Part shown: positions 1 to 13,480 of the stretch, in pieces
Layout of the letters: the number at the start of each line of letters is the position of its first letter
Numbering within the stretch: position 1 is the stretch's first letter
Origin: Trichosphaerium sp. ATCC 40318
Taxonomy: Eukaryota; Protista; Tubulinea
Length of the DNA: 64,000 bases
Reading direction: 5' to 3'
NCBI GenBank assembly: GCA_038496445.1
Contig: JALMLS010000305.1
Coordinates: 52,125 to 116,124, forward strand
Translations under genes and position numbers: made by a program
Notes under the pieces: generated by a model
The model's input: only the letters and a program-made list of their open reading frames with translations
Databases searched by the model: none
What the model was told of the DNA's origin: nothing

Positions 1-1177
1 GCACCTCAAGGTGGTGTGGTAAACGCTTTTATTACAGGAATAGACACAGGATTTGAGTATCGGTCGCTCTCAAACACAAGTAATATCTTAGCGTGTACGA
101 TTATGTTTTCAACGATCATCCAACTAATGATACAATAGCATGTAATAATTCCAAGTATGGAGGAGATCCTGTAGCTCTAGAGTATAGTTTTGTACTTGAT
201 AGAGTGTTATACATACCGCATGATAGCAGAAAATTACTCTTAATTGATCCCTACACATGTGAGATTGTACGTCAGTATTTTTAGACTGTCGACGCGGCAG
301 ACACAAAACGCTTCTGTATTCCTGGAACATTCTTCTTCATTTAAATCCAGTTTACTCAGATCTTCTACGCGATACGGTTAAGGCCGCTGTCCGCTTAACT
401 GTCTTTTTAGGACAAGACATGCACGATCATTGTTCCTATGAAAGGATTGATGGTAGATAAAGAAAGTGGCAAAATATACGCTTTAGGGGATAAAGCTTCA
501 CTGTTTGTTTATGAGATAAATGTAGAAAATTGTAAAGTGAGAACAGTTTGTGCTGCTTCTAGATCTTCAAGACTTAGTGGTACGTCTTTTGTGAAACAAA
601 CCAAGAAGATATACTTTCAACAAAAATATAATCTAAAACTTGACAGGAGTGATTGTCAATGGTACTCTGTACCATAGTTCTTGGAAAGATACATTGGAAG
701 TTATGCCAGTTCTTCTACTTGGGTCTTGTCAAGTAGCACAGTCAATTGCAACAGTTAGGTGTCAAATTATTGGTATGTTACAAACACAACCATTGTACTA
801 ATTCAATTCATTCAGGAATGACAGCAATATCAGCAAATACTTTAATTGGTTCGTGCCATAATGACAAATATGTATCTATTGATATTGATACTGGCGTTGT
901 AAATGAGGTGACACCTATTCTTCAAAATAACGGGACCGAAGCACTATCTTCAATTAATTTTATTCCTCCACCAGTGGCACCAACAACAAACACTCCAACT
1001 AATGCAAGTCCATCAACCGCAGCTCCAACATATACACTTACTATTGAACCCACATCAAGCAATACATCAGAACCTACTGCACCAACGAATGCTAGTATAA
1101 AAAGTGCAAGCAATAGTATTGTTATGACTTTTTCGTCACTATTCTTCACTGTTTTGTTGCTCTTGGCACTAAAGTAA
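1..1177 (+). CDS. Secreted, probably GPI-anchored surface protein; 5' end lies outside the window; multi-exon
   Basis: Exons join through GT-AG introns at about 377-410, 579-646 and 773-815. Cys-containing beta-rich region, then a P/T/S-rich stalk (PPPVAPTTNTPTNASPST) and a hydrophobic C-terminus (SSLFFTVLLLLALK*). The model needs one extra T in the T-run at about 278-282. Confidence 0.6.
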
Positions 1178-1579
1178 CGTAAAAAATGACCAGAAAAAAA
1201 CAATAAAACAAATACCTTAGTTTTACGTCTGAAACTTCTTTCTTTCTCAATTTTTTCTTATGCTGGAAGGGAAAAGTCATAGCTCTCTTGTTGGGACGAT
1301 TAGTACTCCAATGTTACTGGAGAATAGAAGATACAATAAAACGGTTTCTCTCAACTAACCAGAGAACAGCTTGAGACATACCTTCAGCCTGGAAAAATTG
1401 TTGCTATCCACGCTTGATAGTTTGTATATACCATGTAAAACGTGTTAAATACAATAATAATTTTAAACGGTTGTCAAATGAAATTCGGTTAACCTACTTG
1501 CAGCGTTCCAAAGCCTCTGTATCTATTATTGGAGCGGTAGTAAACACAATAAAGTATTTAGCGTTGACAATCAAGTGTT

Positions 1580-1885
1580 TTGGTGCCTTTTACAGACTCA
1601 ATGATGAAGAGTGATGTGTACATCCGTAAGGACTTGTATGCTAACATTGTCCTCTCTGGAGGTTGCACAATGATTCATGGTATTGAAGATCGTATGCATA
1701 CGGAAACGATAGATCACGCTGCTCCAGGATACAATATAAGAGTAGTAGCTATGCCAGAGAGAAAACATGCCGCTTGGATTGGCGGTTCCATTCTTGTTTC
1801 TCTTTCTAATTTTCAGGAGAAGTGTATTACCAAACAAGATTACGATGAATATGGGCCATCTATTGTACACAAAAAGTGCTTGTAA
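1580..1885 (+). pseudogene. Divergent C-terminal fragment (~95 aa) of actin
   Basis: [14 protein letters not shown]...[14 protein letters not shown]...[12 protein letters not shown] matches the actin C-terminus. No upstream actin exons are visible. Confidence 0.75.
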
Positions 1886-2182
1886 CGAGTATGCAGAAAA
1901 AAAAACCTGCTACCATCACGTGAATGTAAACTGCTTTCCATCTTTAAGTTCTTTTCGAAACTTGTCTCTGACTTGTTCGCCAACCGCTGTTTGTAAAGTT
2001 TCACGTGTTATTACTTATAAGTCATATCCGTACAGGATCTTTAATTTCTAATTTAACACTAACCCTAGGCATAAGTGTAAGCCCGAGAGTCTCTGATCAT
2101 AGCTAAGTTTGTTGCTAAGGCAGATAGCTGTTTTACTTAAGCGTACAATAGTATTCCTACAACACCATTTGCAGATAAAGCG

Positions 2183-3517
2183 ATGCTACGTTCTTCAAAG
2201 TATGTCTTCTGCCTACGTCTTAGGCTGTTTATCGCTCAATTAAGCAGAAACCCGTTTTATTGCACTGATACTATTCATAGGCCGTTGGTATTGCTTTGGC
2301 TACCGACAGAAATTATATTTTGTATACTGGCGTTATTAGACAAGAAATGCCGTTTATCAGCAACGTTTGTTTGTAAACTGTTCTCTACAATCATTTTAAA
2401 GCACTTGGGGTATTTAACAGTGAACGTCAAGTCAAGAGAAAGTCTGTTCAAACTACATGAAAGTCCTCTTTTAAAAAATACACAAGTGATTATTGATGGT
2501 TTTACAATGACTGAAGATGACTTTAAAAATCTATCTGGTGTTCATCACCTTGAAATAAACATAATTATGTCATTATCAAATGCAATGCTAGAACATATTT
2601 CAGGTATACATCATCTGAAAGTGCACTTATCAAAAAGTGACTGTAGTTTCAAATCACTTCATGGTATTCATACACTAATTACAGCAGGGTATTTTACAGA
2701 TACATGGCTTCAAGAAATTGGTAGCATCCATACAATCAATATTTCAGGGACAAATATAACAGATAAAGGACTTGCGGCACTCTCTGGAGTTCATACTATT
2801 AACTTATCTAATTGTGACAATATCACTGACAAAGGTGTCATTGCCATTTCAGGTAATGTACACAAGATACAGCTGAATAGATGTGATATTACAGATAAAA
2901 GCGTAAAAGTACTAACAAATGCAAGTTTCATATCTTGTTATGGCTGCAAAAAAATTACAGATGAAGGAGTAAAGTATCTGTTAACAAAAAATCAAACAAC
3001 TCACAAAATTAAAAAAATTGTACTAGATGACTGCACTCTAATATCAAACAACGTCTTGAAACTTTTGGCTGGTATACCTTGTATAGAGGTTTGTAATTGT
3101 ATACAACTAAAAGATGATACTTTATCATGTTTGGCAGGTGTACAGCATATTGATTTGAATGGTTGTACTTCAGTAACAAATGACGGGATAAAACAATTGG
3201 CAGGTGTAAAAGTGATTGATATTTCTTATCTTGACTGTGTTGATGATAGTACTTTAAAGGCACTTGCTGGAGTACATACAATCATGCTTGATGGTACACA
3301 TATGACAGATGAAGGTTTAGGATACTTAGTGGGTGTCAAATTCATAAGCCTTCATTATTGTGAAAAGATAACAGACAAAGGAGTGAGCAGTCTTATTGGT
3401 GCTAAGACAACTGGTCTACAACACTGCTCTCAAATCACAAAGACGATGATTAACTATCTAGGATGCAACATATTTAACACAAACTTTTGGCCTGTTTTTG
3501 ACCACACTTGCAGATGA
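2183..3517 (+). CDS. F-box/leucine-rich repeat protein
   Basis: F-box (LLWLPTEIIFCILALLDKKCRLSATFVCKLF) followed by ITDKGLAALSGVHTINL-type LRRs. Probable in-frame 81-nt intron at 2200-2280. Confidence 0.85.
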   Translation: MLRSSKYVFCLRLRLFIAQLSRNPFYCTDTIHRPLVLLWLPTEIIFCILALLDKKCRLSATFVCKLFSTIILKHLGYLTVNVKSRESLFKLHESPLLKNTQVIIDGFTMTEDDFKNLSGVHHLEINIIMSLSNAMLEHISGIHHLKVHLSKSDCSFKSLHGIHTLITAGYFTDTWLQEIGSIHTINISGTNITDKGLAALSGVHTINLSNCDNITDKGVIAISGNVHKIQLNRCDITDKSVKVLTNASFISCYGCKKITDEGVKYLLTKNQTTHKIKKIVLDDCTLISNNVLKLLAGIPCIEVCNCIQLKDDTLSCLAGVQHIDLNGCTSVTNDGIKQLAGVKVIDISYLDCVDDSTLKALAGVHTIMLDGTHMTDEGLGYLVGVKFISLHYCEKITDKGVSSLIGAKTTGLQHCSQITKTMINYLGCNIFNTNFWPVFDHTCR

Positions 3518-4004
3518 AGGCACGATAAGGTTAGACATTTGTGTATGGATAATATGGTACACCTGACTTTTTTCTCAGCCTCTAGGAGGACGTAGATCAA
3601 AATAGGGATTTATGGTTTTGTAGAAGAAGAACGTGATAGTGTTCTTCCAATATGGAATAACATGAATAAAATGTTGAATTAACAAGGTGCAACATCTTTT
3701 TTACAAGGAAAATCACATTAAATTACTCACCAAAATTCATTAAAGAGAATGTTAAACGTGATTTTTTTTTCTGTACGAGAGAGAGATCTTCACCCAACCA
3801 ACTTCTTCTTCTTCAAAAATCTGTTATGTTATTCATGATGAAGACTAAAAAAAACAATTCAAAAGAGGAAAAAAATAGGAAAAAAAACCCCAAAAGCGCC
3901 TCCAACCAAAGTTGCCAATGGCTGTCTGTCGACAAGGAACTTTTTTTTTTCAAGTTAAAATGTATTGAAGCTTTGAGAAGACATTTATTGACAATGAAGC
4001 ACAA

Positions 4005-6303
4005 TTATTCTTCCGTAGAAGTAGCCTCTTTTGGACTGGTTCTTCGTAATACGTAAGGTACAATTGCATGTCTTAACTTTGGCACAAAGAAAATCACAAG
4101 AAGACCAACAACCATCTAAGAGTTGTAAACGGGTTGATTACAACAAGCAAAATACTGACATACCAACACAATAAGACCAAATACAACACCTAATATCATA
4201 CCAACATTCACCTTTTCAGGCCTGCTACCGCAACTATCAGGTCTTGATGCAATGACAAATATGCTTCAGCAAAAACAAAGTTAGTTAGATCACTACTCAA
4301 AAAGAGGGTTAAACGTACGATGAAAGTGTCCTATCAAGCCTGGCTATTACACACTCTTTTGGTTGAACCAGTGTAATATTACCGGTTATGGTGCCTGTGT
4401 TACTTCTCATTACTTCTATGCGCATATCACCAATTGCTGTATCAGCATAATTAAAGAAATCAATGATGAATGTTGTATCTGGTGGTATCACAATATATCC
4501 TACAGTTAATAAATTAAAACAATATCTAACTACATTGATATGTCACCTTCAACTTCAAGAAAGCCTCCTGGTGTAATTGTAGCTGTACCAGAGTGGATGA
4601 AGTCCCCGTCTAATGTTAAAGGACTAGATAGCACTATTTGGTTTGGCAGAGTTCCAGTTGTAGGTGTGGTTGTTGGAGAAACAGAGGGCTCTACTGTATT
4701 TTCATAAGAAAACAGATTTGTAGTTAACAAATACATTACCACAATACGCTTCATTGTCACATGTGACTTGTAAATTTCGTTAGATGCTTTTAATAATGAC
4801 TTTTGAACATTACCAGTTGTGTTGCACTTTTCAAAGAATGTATTTAAATAGCAGTCGCCAAGTCCACATGTGAAATTATTTGGCATGCCAGTACAGGAAA
4901 ATACAGTACCTGTGATTTCTAAAAGTGGGATTAAATCTATGTAAAGGTGTTGTGGATACCATCAAGATGCCCGTTAGACAATTTTGTGTTCCTACAAAGG
5001 AGGTAAATATTGTGCAAAGGAATTCTGATTCTCTCACCGAATTGTAACGTTGGCACTAGCCCCACGCAGCGGAATACCACTTAGAATTGCTGAATTATTT
5101 GTTCTAAATAAGTATTGTAAAAAGGTACTGAGCAGGCAATAATACGTACACACAAGTATTATTCTCAAACACACAAGAGTCTATAACTAACTGATCAGAT
5201 GCAAACACATATTCTATTTTAAGGATAGTTATTACTGATTACTGTAAGTGATAGTACGTTTGCATGTGTTCTCATAAGGTGAGCTCACTTTGTTTCTCAC
5301 AAAAGTACTGTCTGTCATTTCTGTTTCACCTGCGTTTGCGTTCACAATCGCAAGATTAAACACATCAATGTCCTCAATCATACAAGATTTAATAACAGCC
5401 TAATCAGAATGAGATTAAAAATGCAAACACTTAAGTACTCTTTCAGCTTTTCCAGTATGAATGATAGTACCTATACTTGCCATTACTAAAAATCAAAGCA
5501 TAGTTACTCTTTGGTACAAGGTGTAATACATTGTGTCCAGTTGAAAGTAATCCGAGAAAATACACAGTTTTCCAAATGTATTACATCACTTGAAATGGAC
5601 AACGCAAAAGCAGATGGCAAAACCCCTAAAGGAATATATTCAAGAACAATATCTCTAAATGTCACATCTTTAAAAGTCACATTCACGCTATTGAACAGTT
5701 GTAAGCAATGCTCTCAATAATCTTTTGTGGGTAGATGTACCAGCCTAAAGAGGACCAGGCTACACCACGTCCAGTGAATGTCATGTTTCTAAGTGAAATA
5801 TATAAGCGTTGCTTTAAGTTCTTTTGTTGACTTGTACATACGTGATGGTAACATTTCCAAAGTAACGGACTTGTGAATAACAATCTCGAATCGTAAATCC
5901 TGATAATGAGATACTAATATTGTTTCCAGCGTATAAAGAATGCTGTGTATCACACGTGACATTTACATTGTACAAACCTAGAACAATAAATAACAAACGA
6001 TGAAAGTACATACAGCTTACCATAAATGTCAACACTTTTCGTGATGTAGCTAGGTATCCACTTTGTAAGGTTACCAAAAAACAAGTTTGTTGAGTTGAGA
6101 ATAAGCGTTGTGGGTTCTTCTTGTAGATAGCAACTAAGACTATTGCCACAAACGTGTTCACTTGAAGTTACGACTACAACATAAAATTACATGCGACCGT
6201 CACGTTATTATTGGTGATAACTAATATTCGTACTTGTGGTACCGCTAGTGGAGGCCACGATAGAGAAAATCAACAACAAAGCGCGGAAATCAAACAAATA
6301 CAT
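4005..6303 (-). CDS. Single-pass membrane protein with a beta-helix-like (pectin-lyase-type) ectodomain, T-rich stalk and short cytoplasmic tail
   Basis: Signal peptide MYLFDFRALLLIFSIVASTS; repeated xFxxN/CVF strands; PTTTPTT stalk; TM MILGVVFGLIVLV|MVVGLLVIFFVPKLRHAIVPYVL; stop TAA at 4005-4007. Confidence 0.6.
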
Positions 6304-7524
6304 TTCTTATGAAACAGGATAACTCCACGTAATACGAAAAATCCTAGTTATGTAATGTTGAATCAGACGTTACGTGCTGTCACGTGATGTTTGAGAAAAA
6401 CAGTTTGAAAAAAAATGACATCCCAAAGCATTTGTGATTTGCTTATTTGCTTGTTACTATTATTGTAGTGACAACAATTAAAAGCTTGGTAATTACAATG
6501 CGTATTTGGTATCTTAATGTTGGTGTTTCTTGTGCACTGTAACAAACAACTTTAACCCCCCCGTATACAGGCGCACTAGTGTGTTACACGGTATGTATGA
6601 ATATTAGCTCCATTTACCTTCGTAAATCCTTTTAACAGCGAAACGAAGTTTGTATTGTGAAAGAAAAAACAATCAACAACATCAACAGATATACAGTATT
6701 GTGAGGCGATCAGTAGCCATCCGTCTTTTCACATAAAAACAACAGCCTAGACACATTTGATGTACTTCCAAGGCACTGAACAACGACCATTTGACAATGT
6801 GGTATGATTTCGTATACAACCATTTCACAAAGAGTTGTATTTTCGGGTTTTTTTCTGTTGAGTGGCTGACAAGCGTGTATTAGCTTCGCAGGTCACAAAC
6901 AGGTCAGTGCATTTCTATCCGCTGGACGGATTCTCTTGACCACACGAGCGAAGTGTTAAACACTCGGGTATTTATTGTAGTGTCTTTGAGACAGAGATTA
7001 GACACTAGTTTTGTAAAGTGTCATTACTACATTCAGTAACTCAGATCTATCACCAACTCTTCCATATCCTGTAAAGGTTCATAGCAGATTAGTCACTATA
7101 AAGCAAGTCAGGATATTAAGTAAATCCACATGGTTAATGCCAACAAGTGTTCTATGAGGATACCTAACGGGTAAGTCAAAAAGCAATACACGCCCTAATA
7201 TCCAGGATTAAAAGCAAGTAAAAAGTAATAGTATTTGTAAAGCCTGAGCATACCGAACGCTCTTGGTCAAAACAAACTTTATTGGAAGCAATATTGCAAA
7301 GTTGATTTACAGTAAGCTTAAGTTTACAAGGCACTCAGTTTATCAGATCTAACAGATCCTGACCTTGTGTTGCGTCAAAACGTTTCACTAAGCCGTAGTT
7401 GTTGTAGTTGATTTATCACTAAGCACTGACCAAGAACAACACCTGTACAGCCGTGAGATCTAGTCTAAAAAGAAAAGCTTTAAATTACTAATAGGGGCGT
7501 TCAGGGAGTTGTCAAAGTGTTATT

Positions 7525-8484
7525 TTATTCGAAGCCTAATGCAGTTTTATACATGCAACCATCTTGTACTATAGGGTTGAGAACACTTGTATCAATACCC
7601 TATAAAGTCAATATTTTAGATACTTGCTGTACTTAAAGAAAATTAAAATAAGCGTACAAGTCCTTCAATTATGCCTTTTACTTTGGTAATGAGTGCAGCT
7701 GGTGCTTTTGGTTCACGGTAGAATATCCATAAACCGCTATCGTTAATACCATCACCTTGACTGATGTTTAGTTTGAGAACTATTGTTGTTCGCCGCACCG
7801 GTTTTACATAATCCATTTGATGTGTTGATGGATGGTTGACCACCAACAACAACAGCCCATTGGTACACAAAATCTTCAATAGGGCCTGTAGCTACTACCC
7901 AGTATGGTCCGTAGAAGAATTCAGGTAACCAACAAGGTCCAACTATAGACGATAATAAGTAAAAGTAGAGTGGATCATGTGCATGAAATAAAAACTTTCG
8001 AAATAAAGATCTGCGTACCAGAAAGTTTCGAAGATAGCTCTTTGTCTACAACAGCGCACAAGTGAGCCTCGTGGGTGCCTTTGTTTACCTGTACATTTAT
8101 TAGACGCAATGGTTTTTCTGTTTTTCGGGAAAGAAGGAAAGAGATCGTACACCGCCTTGATTAGCATAGTTGTAAACTTTAACATTTCCAACACCTTCCC
8201 CTAAGGAATAATTTGTTGATACGCAATAGATTTCATCCGCAGGCAAATATTCGATAACCATTTGCTCTTGGGCATACCTAGCAGTCACGTGTTAGCTTTT
8301 AAAAAAGTACTAAATGAAGAAATAACTGCAAGACCAAGGAAGGCATAGAAACGCACCATTTGCCAAGGTAAGCGTCTAGCGTGAAGTTTGCTACCGGAGT
8401 AACAGTTTTACATTCGTAAGCATGTGCCACGCTTAAAAATAGTGCAGTTACAATAAAAAGAGAGCAAAGAAGGGAAGACGACAT
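7525..8484 (-). CDS. Secreted lipocalin (Blc/ApoD-like)
   Basis: Signal peptide; SCR1 motif VANFTLDAYLGKW|Y; GPYWVVA; SGLWIFYREP; multi-exon. Confidence 0.8.
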
Positions 8485-9025
8485 GTTTCTTTCGTGTTTA
8501 TCCGGTGTAATGAACACGGAGAAATACAGAAAAGGAGCCTTAAACCTCAACTGACATATAAAGTCGAAACAAAGATTTACCGATGATGTGGCTGAGATAT
8601 TTAACTATAAAATAGATGAGGTCTATTACAATTAGACTAACCGCAATAATGTTACAGCCGGCAATAGAACAGTGCTTGCCAGCATCGTTGATATAGAGCG
8701 TTGATGGCCAAGTGCGGAAAATTATTGGTTAGGCACAAGAATATTCCAAAAGTGTTTCGACGGACAAATTAACACGTGTCGCCTAATTTATACTTTTTTT
8801 CTCGCTTTGGTTACTTTCAAATTCACTGTTGTTCAAAACAAGAAATAATACGAATTTTGGGCTTTTATTCAAGAACAAGAGGGGTTTGGGGCGATTTTTT
8901 GTGTTTTGAATAGCAGACTTGATACCAAAAAAACCAAAACTGCAATTAATCGCAGCATTGCACCCAAAAAAACTGGTCACGTGATAGATCAGGAAAAGTA
9001 TTGAACGAAATTAAACATAAATAAT

Positions 9026-11618
9026 TTACCAATCAATCTTGAGAGGATAGTCGCCTGTGAAACAAGCGCTACAGTGTCCAGTAGACTCTAAAGAACAACT
9101 GTTATGCCAAAAAAAACTGAAGAAAGAAAAACAATGTAGTACCTGATGTTTCGAGGCCTTCACGGACAGCCTTTAGCATACCGTCATGAGATAAGTAACC
9201 AAGAGAATCAGCGCCAATATGTTTAGCTATTTCATCGATTGTTTTGGTGTGAGCGATGAGTTCCTTAAAGATTATTCAGCGAACACAAAAAGTAAACGTG
9301 ACTAATGGTTTCATGTCCATACCTCCTTCTCTGAGATAGCAATACCCATGAAACATGGGTTTGTTACTGGAGGACTTGAAATACGAACATGTACTGATTT
9401 TGCACCTGCTGAACGTAATAACCGACATAGTTTGTTCAAGGTGTTTCCTAAAGTTAAACATCAAAAAAAAAATCCAAAAACCACAAAACTTCGCAGTACC
9501 TCTCACAATTGAGTCATCGATGACAATAATATCTCTTCCCTTTAGATTAGATACTAGTGGATTGTATTTAAGAGATATAGCATTCTTACGAAGCTCTTGA
9601 CCAGGCTATAAAATAACAAACGTTACTTATAATTTTTTTTTGTATTGTACGCTTACTTGAATAAATGTACGACCAATGTATCTGTTTTTACATAAACCTT
9701 CGTTGTACATGATACCTGTTTTTGCTGCATATCCGATAGCAGCTGGAATTGACGAATCAGGAACGCCCATAACCATCTAAAGAAAGAGTAAGATGCTAAA
9801 GTCATCTTTTACAATTTCATAGAAAATAAAATATTGTTTGATTCATAAGGGCGTACCGATACTCCTTTTGGTGGTGGATGTTCAATAGCGAGCTGTATAC
9901 CAAGTCTTTGTCTTACTGTATGTACAAGCTGATTTTCTAGAATTGAATCTGGTCGTGAAAAATAAACATATTCAAAAATGCAGAATGCTGTTTTCTTTGC
10001 AGGCTCTCTTCCAACAAATGACTTCAATCCTAATAAAAACAATCTCTTAGCATGCAAAAATAAAATGAATACCACAGGCAACAGCCTCAAAACAAAAGCA
10101 GCTACATGACACAAGAGAGCTTCGCATCGCGAAATGGTTTTTTGATTCTTTGAAAAGTTCAAATTGAATGCAAGTCTTTTGTCATTGAGCGTACCTGAGC
10201 TGTCTATTTTGAGTATTTCTCCTGGCCTGACCTCTCTTACATACTCAGCGCCTACAGTTTGAATAGCACAAGACTCTGAAGCAACAATGTAGCCTGCATC
10301 TTCAGGTAGACGCCCAATACATAGCGGTCTTAGACCATACATATCACGGGCTGCGTATACGGCATCTTTAGTCAGAACAACGAGTGCGTAGGCACCTGGA
10401 GGTTGTGTTACTGTTTTAAATGTCTCGCAGGGCATGCACTACGGACCATCTGACTCATGCATCAAGGCAGAGATACGTGATACCCAGTCAGGACCGTCCT
10501 TCTCTTTGTCTGGGATTGGTAAAGCCAACAGTTGCGCCATGACCTCAGAATCCGAGTTACGGAACATACCTAAGTAGAGGTTAATTAATACATACATAAG
10601 AACAAGATTTAAAGTAGTAACAGTCGAGGTTTTGCTACGTAAGAAACAAGGGAAAAAATTTTCTTTGAATGTTTTTCCGATACTCTTATCCCGCTATGAC
10701 GTACCAACACCTCTGTTTAGTAGCTTTTTCCTTAGTACATCTCCTTTTGTCAACTATAGTATAGTTATAAGCGTTTTAAAGCGAAAAATACGCAAATCAA
10801 ACAAACTGATGTGACATTTCTTATTTATGGATTAAGAATTTTCCATTGACGTACTTGGCCATTATGAGCTACACCAATACGTCCCCAGTTTGTTTCGATC
10901 AAAAAAGGTTGACAATTTTCAAGGTTAGAAGCACCGAAAGTTGAATATCTCACGTGTCCAATTGCGTGGTTACCAAGCAAGTTCTTCATCTTATCTTCTG
11001 TAAATACCTTGATACAGAGCGTGAGTTTAAATAGGGAAAGGTTGTAGGCCAATATTATGGTTTGAATCGAAATGATAGCGAAAATACGTTTTGGCGTAGC
11101 AAAAGGGTTTTTTGAGTTGGGTGGAGCGTAGTTTAGGTATTTAAAACGAGTTTACGTAAAAAGAAGCCCGAGAAACAAAAAAGGGGCGAGATCTCGAATA
11201 AAATAATACGAAGAGTGGAATTGCCGGTTGCTTGTGTTTTATGGCCACAAACAAGAGTTTGTCGGGCAATTCTTTGGTATTACTCGATTTTTCTTTAAAA
11301 AGTGCTTGAACGCTTTTTTACGCGTTATACCTGTGATACAAGTCCCATTCCGCGTTCGTAAAACATTTCGTCATGGTGTTGTGACGCAATGCCGGCACTT
11401 TCTTGTCCTCTATGCTGTAACGCATAGAGAGCGAAAAAGGTAAGCCTAGCAGCATCTGTATTGTTCGTGTACACTCTACAAAATAAAACGTGTTAAAAAC
11501 TTCTGATTATCGTTGCTAGCCCTTTTGAGCATTACCCGAAAACGCCACACTCATCTTGCGGTTTGTCTTCGTCTGTATAGTTGATAGTTGGCTTTCTATG
11601 TATTTTTACAGACATCAT
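9026..11618 (-). CDS. purF: Amidophosphoribosyltransferase (glutamine PRPP amidotransferase), propeptide/Fe-S type
   Basis: Spliced motifs [62 protein letters not shown] and [11 protein letters not shown]. Confidence 0.95.
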
Positions 11619-12142
11619 GGAATGCTGGAGTGCTTTTATGGCTTCTCAGAGAAGGAGAGAGGTAAAAAAGTCGCCATGTCTGTTTTGGCGGTCACATTCT
11701 TTCTCATACATTTTCGGAAAAAACCGCGCAGTAGCCACTACGTAAACAGTTCAATTCGTACGGCATACGCAATGATGGTACCTAAGGAGCTTAAATAGCG
11801 CTCCATCACAGTGAAGAAAGGTCTTTTCTGTCAAAACGGACTAGGGTGATACCGCGTAAGGGACTGAAATTCGCCACGTCCAGCTGTGGTCAACAACACG
11901 TTAAACTAAATTATTAAAATGAATTTTTTTTGGAGTGCGAAAAAATGACACACCTTCAATTTCGTCAAATTGTAATGTATTGACGATTTTAAAACACTGA
12001 GTTCGTGTCACTAACGGCTTAAATGCCATTTGTCAACTTAAACTCCAAATCATAACTTCTCGTAAAACAATGACGATTTTAATTATTAAGCCTGACTCTT
12101 GAGACATGTCTCAAATTCTCCGCGCTAAAACTGACACTACTC

Positions 12143-13319
12143 GTGCTTCACGTAAAGATAATATGTTTATGCCAATCTCTTTTCCTTCTTCACGTTTCTT
12201 TTGTATCAACTCACTTTTATAAAAGCACCCACGTGGCATGTAAAGGACCAAATATTGTCACAGATTTCCCACCAGAGATTATTATTGCAAGTATTCTAAG
12301 TTATACATCGGACCATGACAGGGTTTCTGTAGCTCAGTCTTGTCATCTAATGGCTGATATTATTCATTATATTGTTGGTTATAAGCAAGTATGTATTTCT
12401 GATGCTACAGATATTTTCTGCATTAGAAAACAAGGTACATGTACCGTTATGGGATACTTATTTGGTTACCGTCAAACTGAAATGCGTGTAATGGAAGATG
12501 CTTACAAAGAACATCCCGACATGGCAGGTATTATGAAAAACAGTGCAATATATGTTGTGACAAGTCTTTGTACTCATTGTTAGCCGGGTGCCATAGCATC
12601 AAACGCCCTGGTGAATGTGATATAACAAACTATGATCTGAGAGCAATTTCAGGTGTGCATACAATTGATTTAACTAGCTGCAAAGAAATATCAGATGCAG
12701 GTGTAAAAGCACTAAAGGATGCTCATAAAATCAACCTTGCTTTTTGTAAAAATATAACAGATGAAGGTATCAAAGCTCTCAAAGGTGTCCATAGTATTAG
12801 TCTTGAATCTACTGATGTAACAGATGAAGGGATAAAAGCACTATCTAGTGTTCATACTATTTGCCTTGAATCTACTGATGTAACAGATGAAGGGCTAAAA
12901 GCGCTATAGTGTTCATAGCATTATTCTTACTTGCTGTCAAAATATTACTGATGGATCAAAGCGCTTTCTGGTGTTCACACCATTGATCTTAGCTCTTGCT
13001 TCAACATTACAGACCAAGGTGTCAAAGCACTCAAGGTGATAGTATTAGTCTTGAATTTACTGATGTAACAGATGAAGGAATAATAGCACTAGCAGGAGTA
13101 CATAAAATTTGTTTGAAGAGACGTGAACACATCACAGATGAAGGCATTAAAGCGCTTAAAGGTGTTCATAGTATAGATGTTTGTAACACTTCAGTAACAG
13201 GTGAAGCCATCAAAGTACTAAAACCTGAGCTTTGCTTATTTGCTGTAAGTTTAGTTACCAAAGATGAAGTTAAAGAACTAAACAAACCGTTTATTTATAT
13301 TGGGTTAGATTATTGTTAA
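12143..13319 (+). pseudogene. Frameshifted F-box/LRR pseudogene
   Basis: F-box DFPPEIIIASILSY, then ITDEGIKALKGVH repeats broken by non-homopolymer indels near 12555, 12907, 12953 and 13038. Confidence 0.8.
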
Positions 13320-13480
13320 AGAGATGAAAGTGTCAGTATAAAAATAGAAAAAAATTCATTCATTAGTGGCAGTCTCAAGTGTGACAGCTAGTGTAGTTCA
13401 ACTGACTAATATAATAAAAAATTTAAGTTAGAATAAGAATGTTAACTAAAATATTGTTTATTGTGATGCACTTGTACGCT

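Noticed and set aside
7000-7300. Possible decayed LRR gene on the minus strand (TLVGINHVDL, LVIDLSY)
   Set aside because: Too degenerate to support without an alignment.
12099-12114. Perfect 16-bp palindrome ttgagacatgtctcaa
   Set aside because: About one such palindrome is expected by chance in 64 kb of AT-rich DNA.
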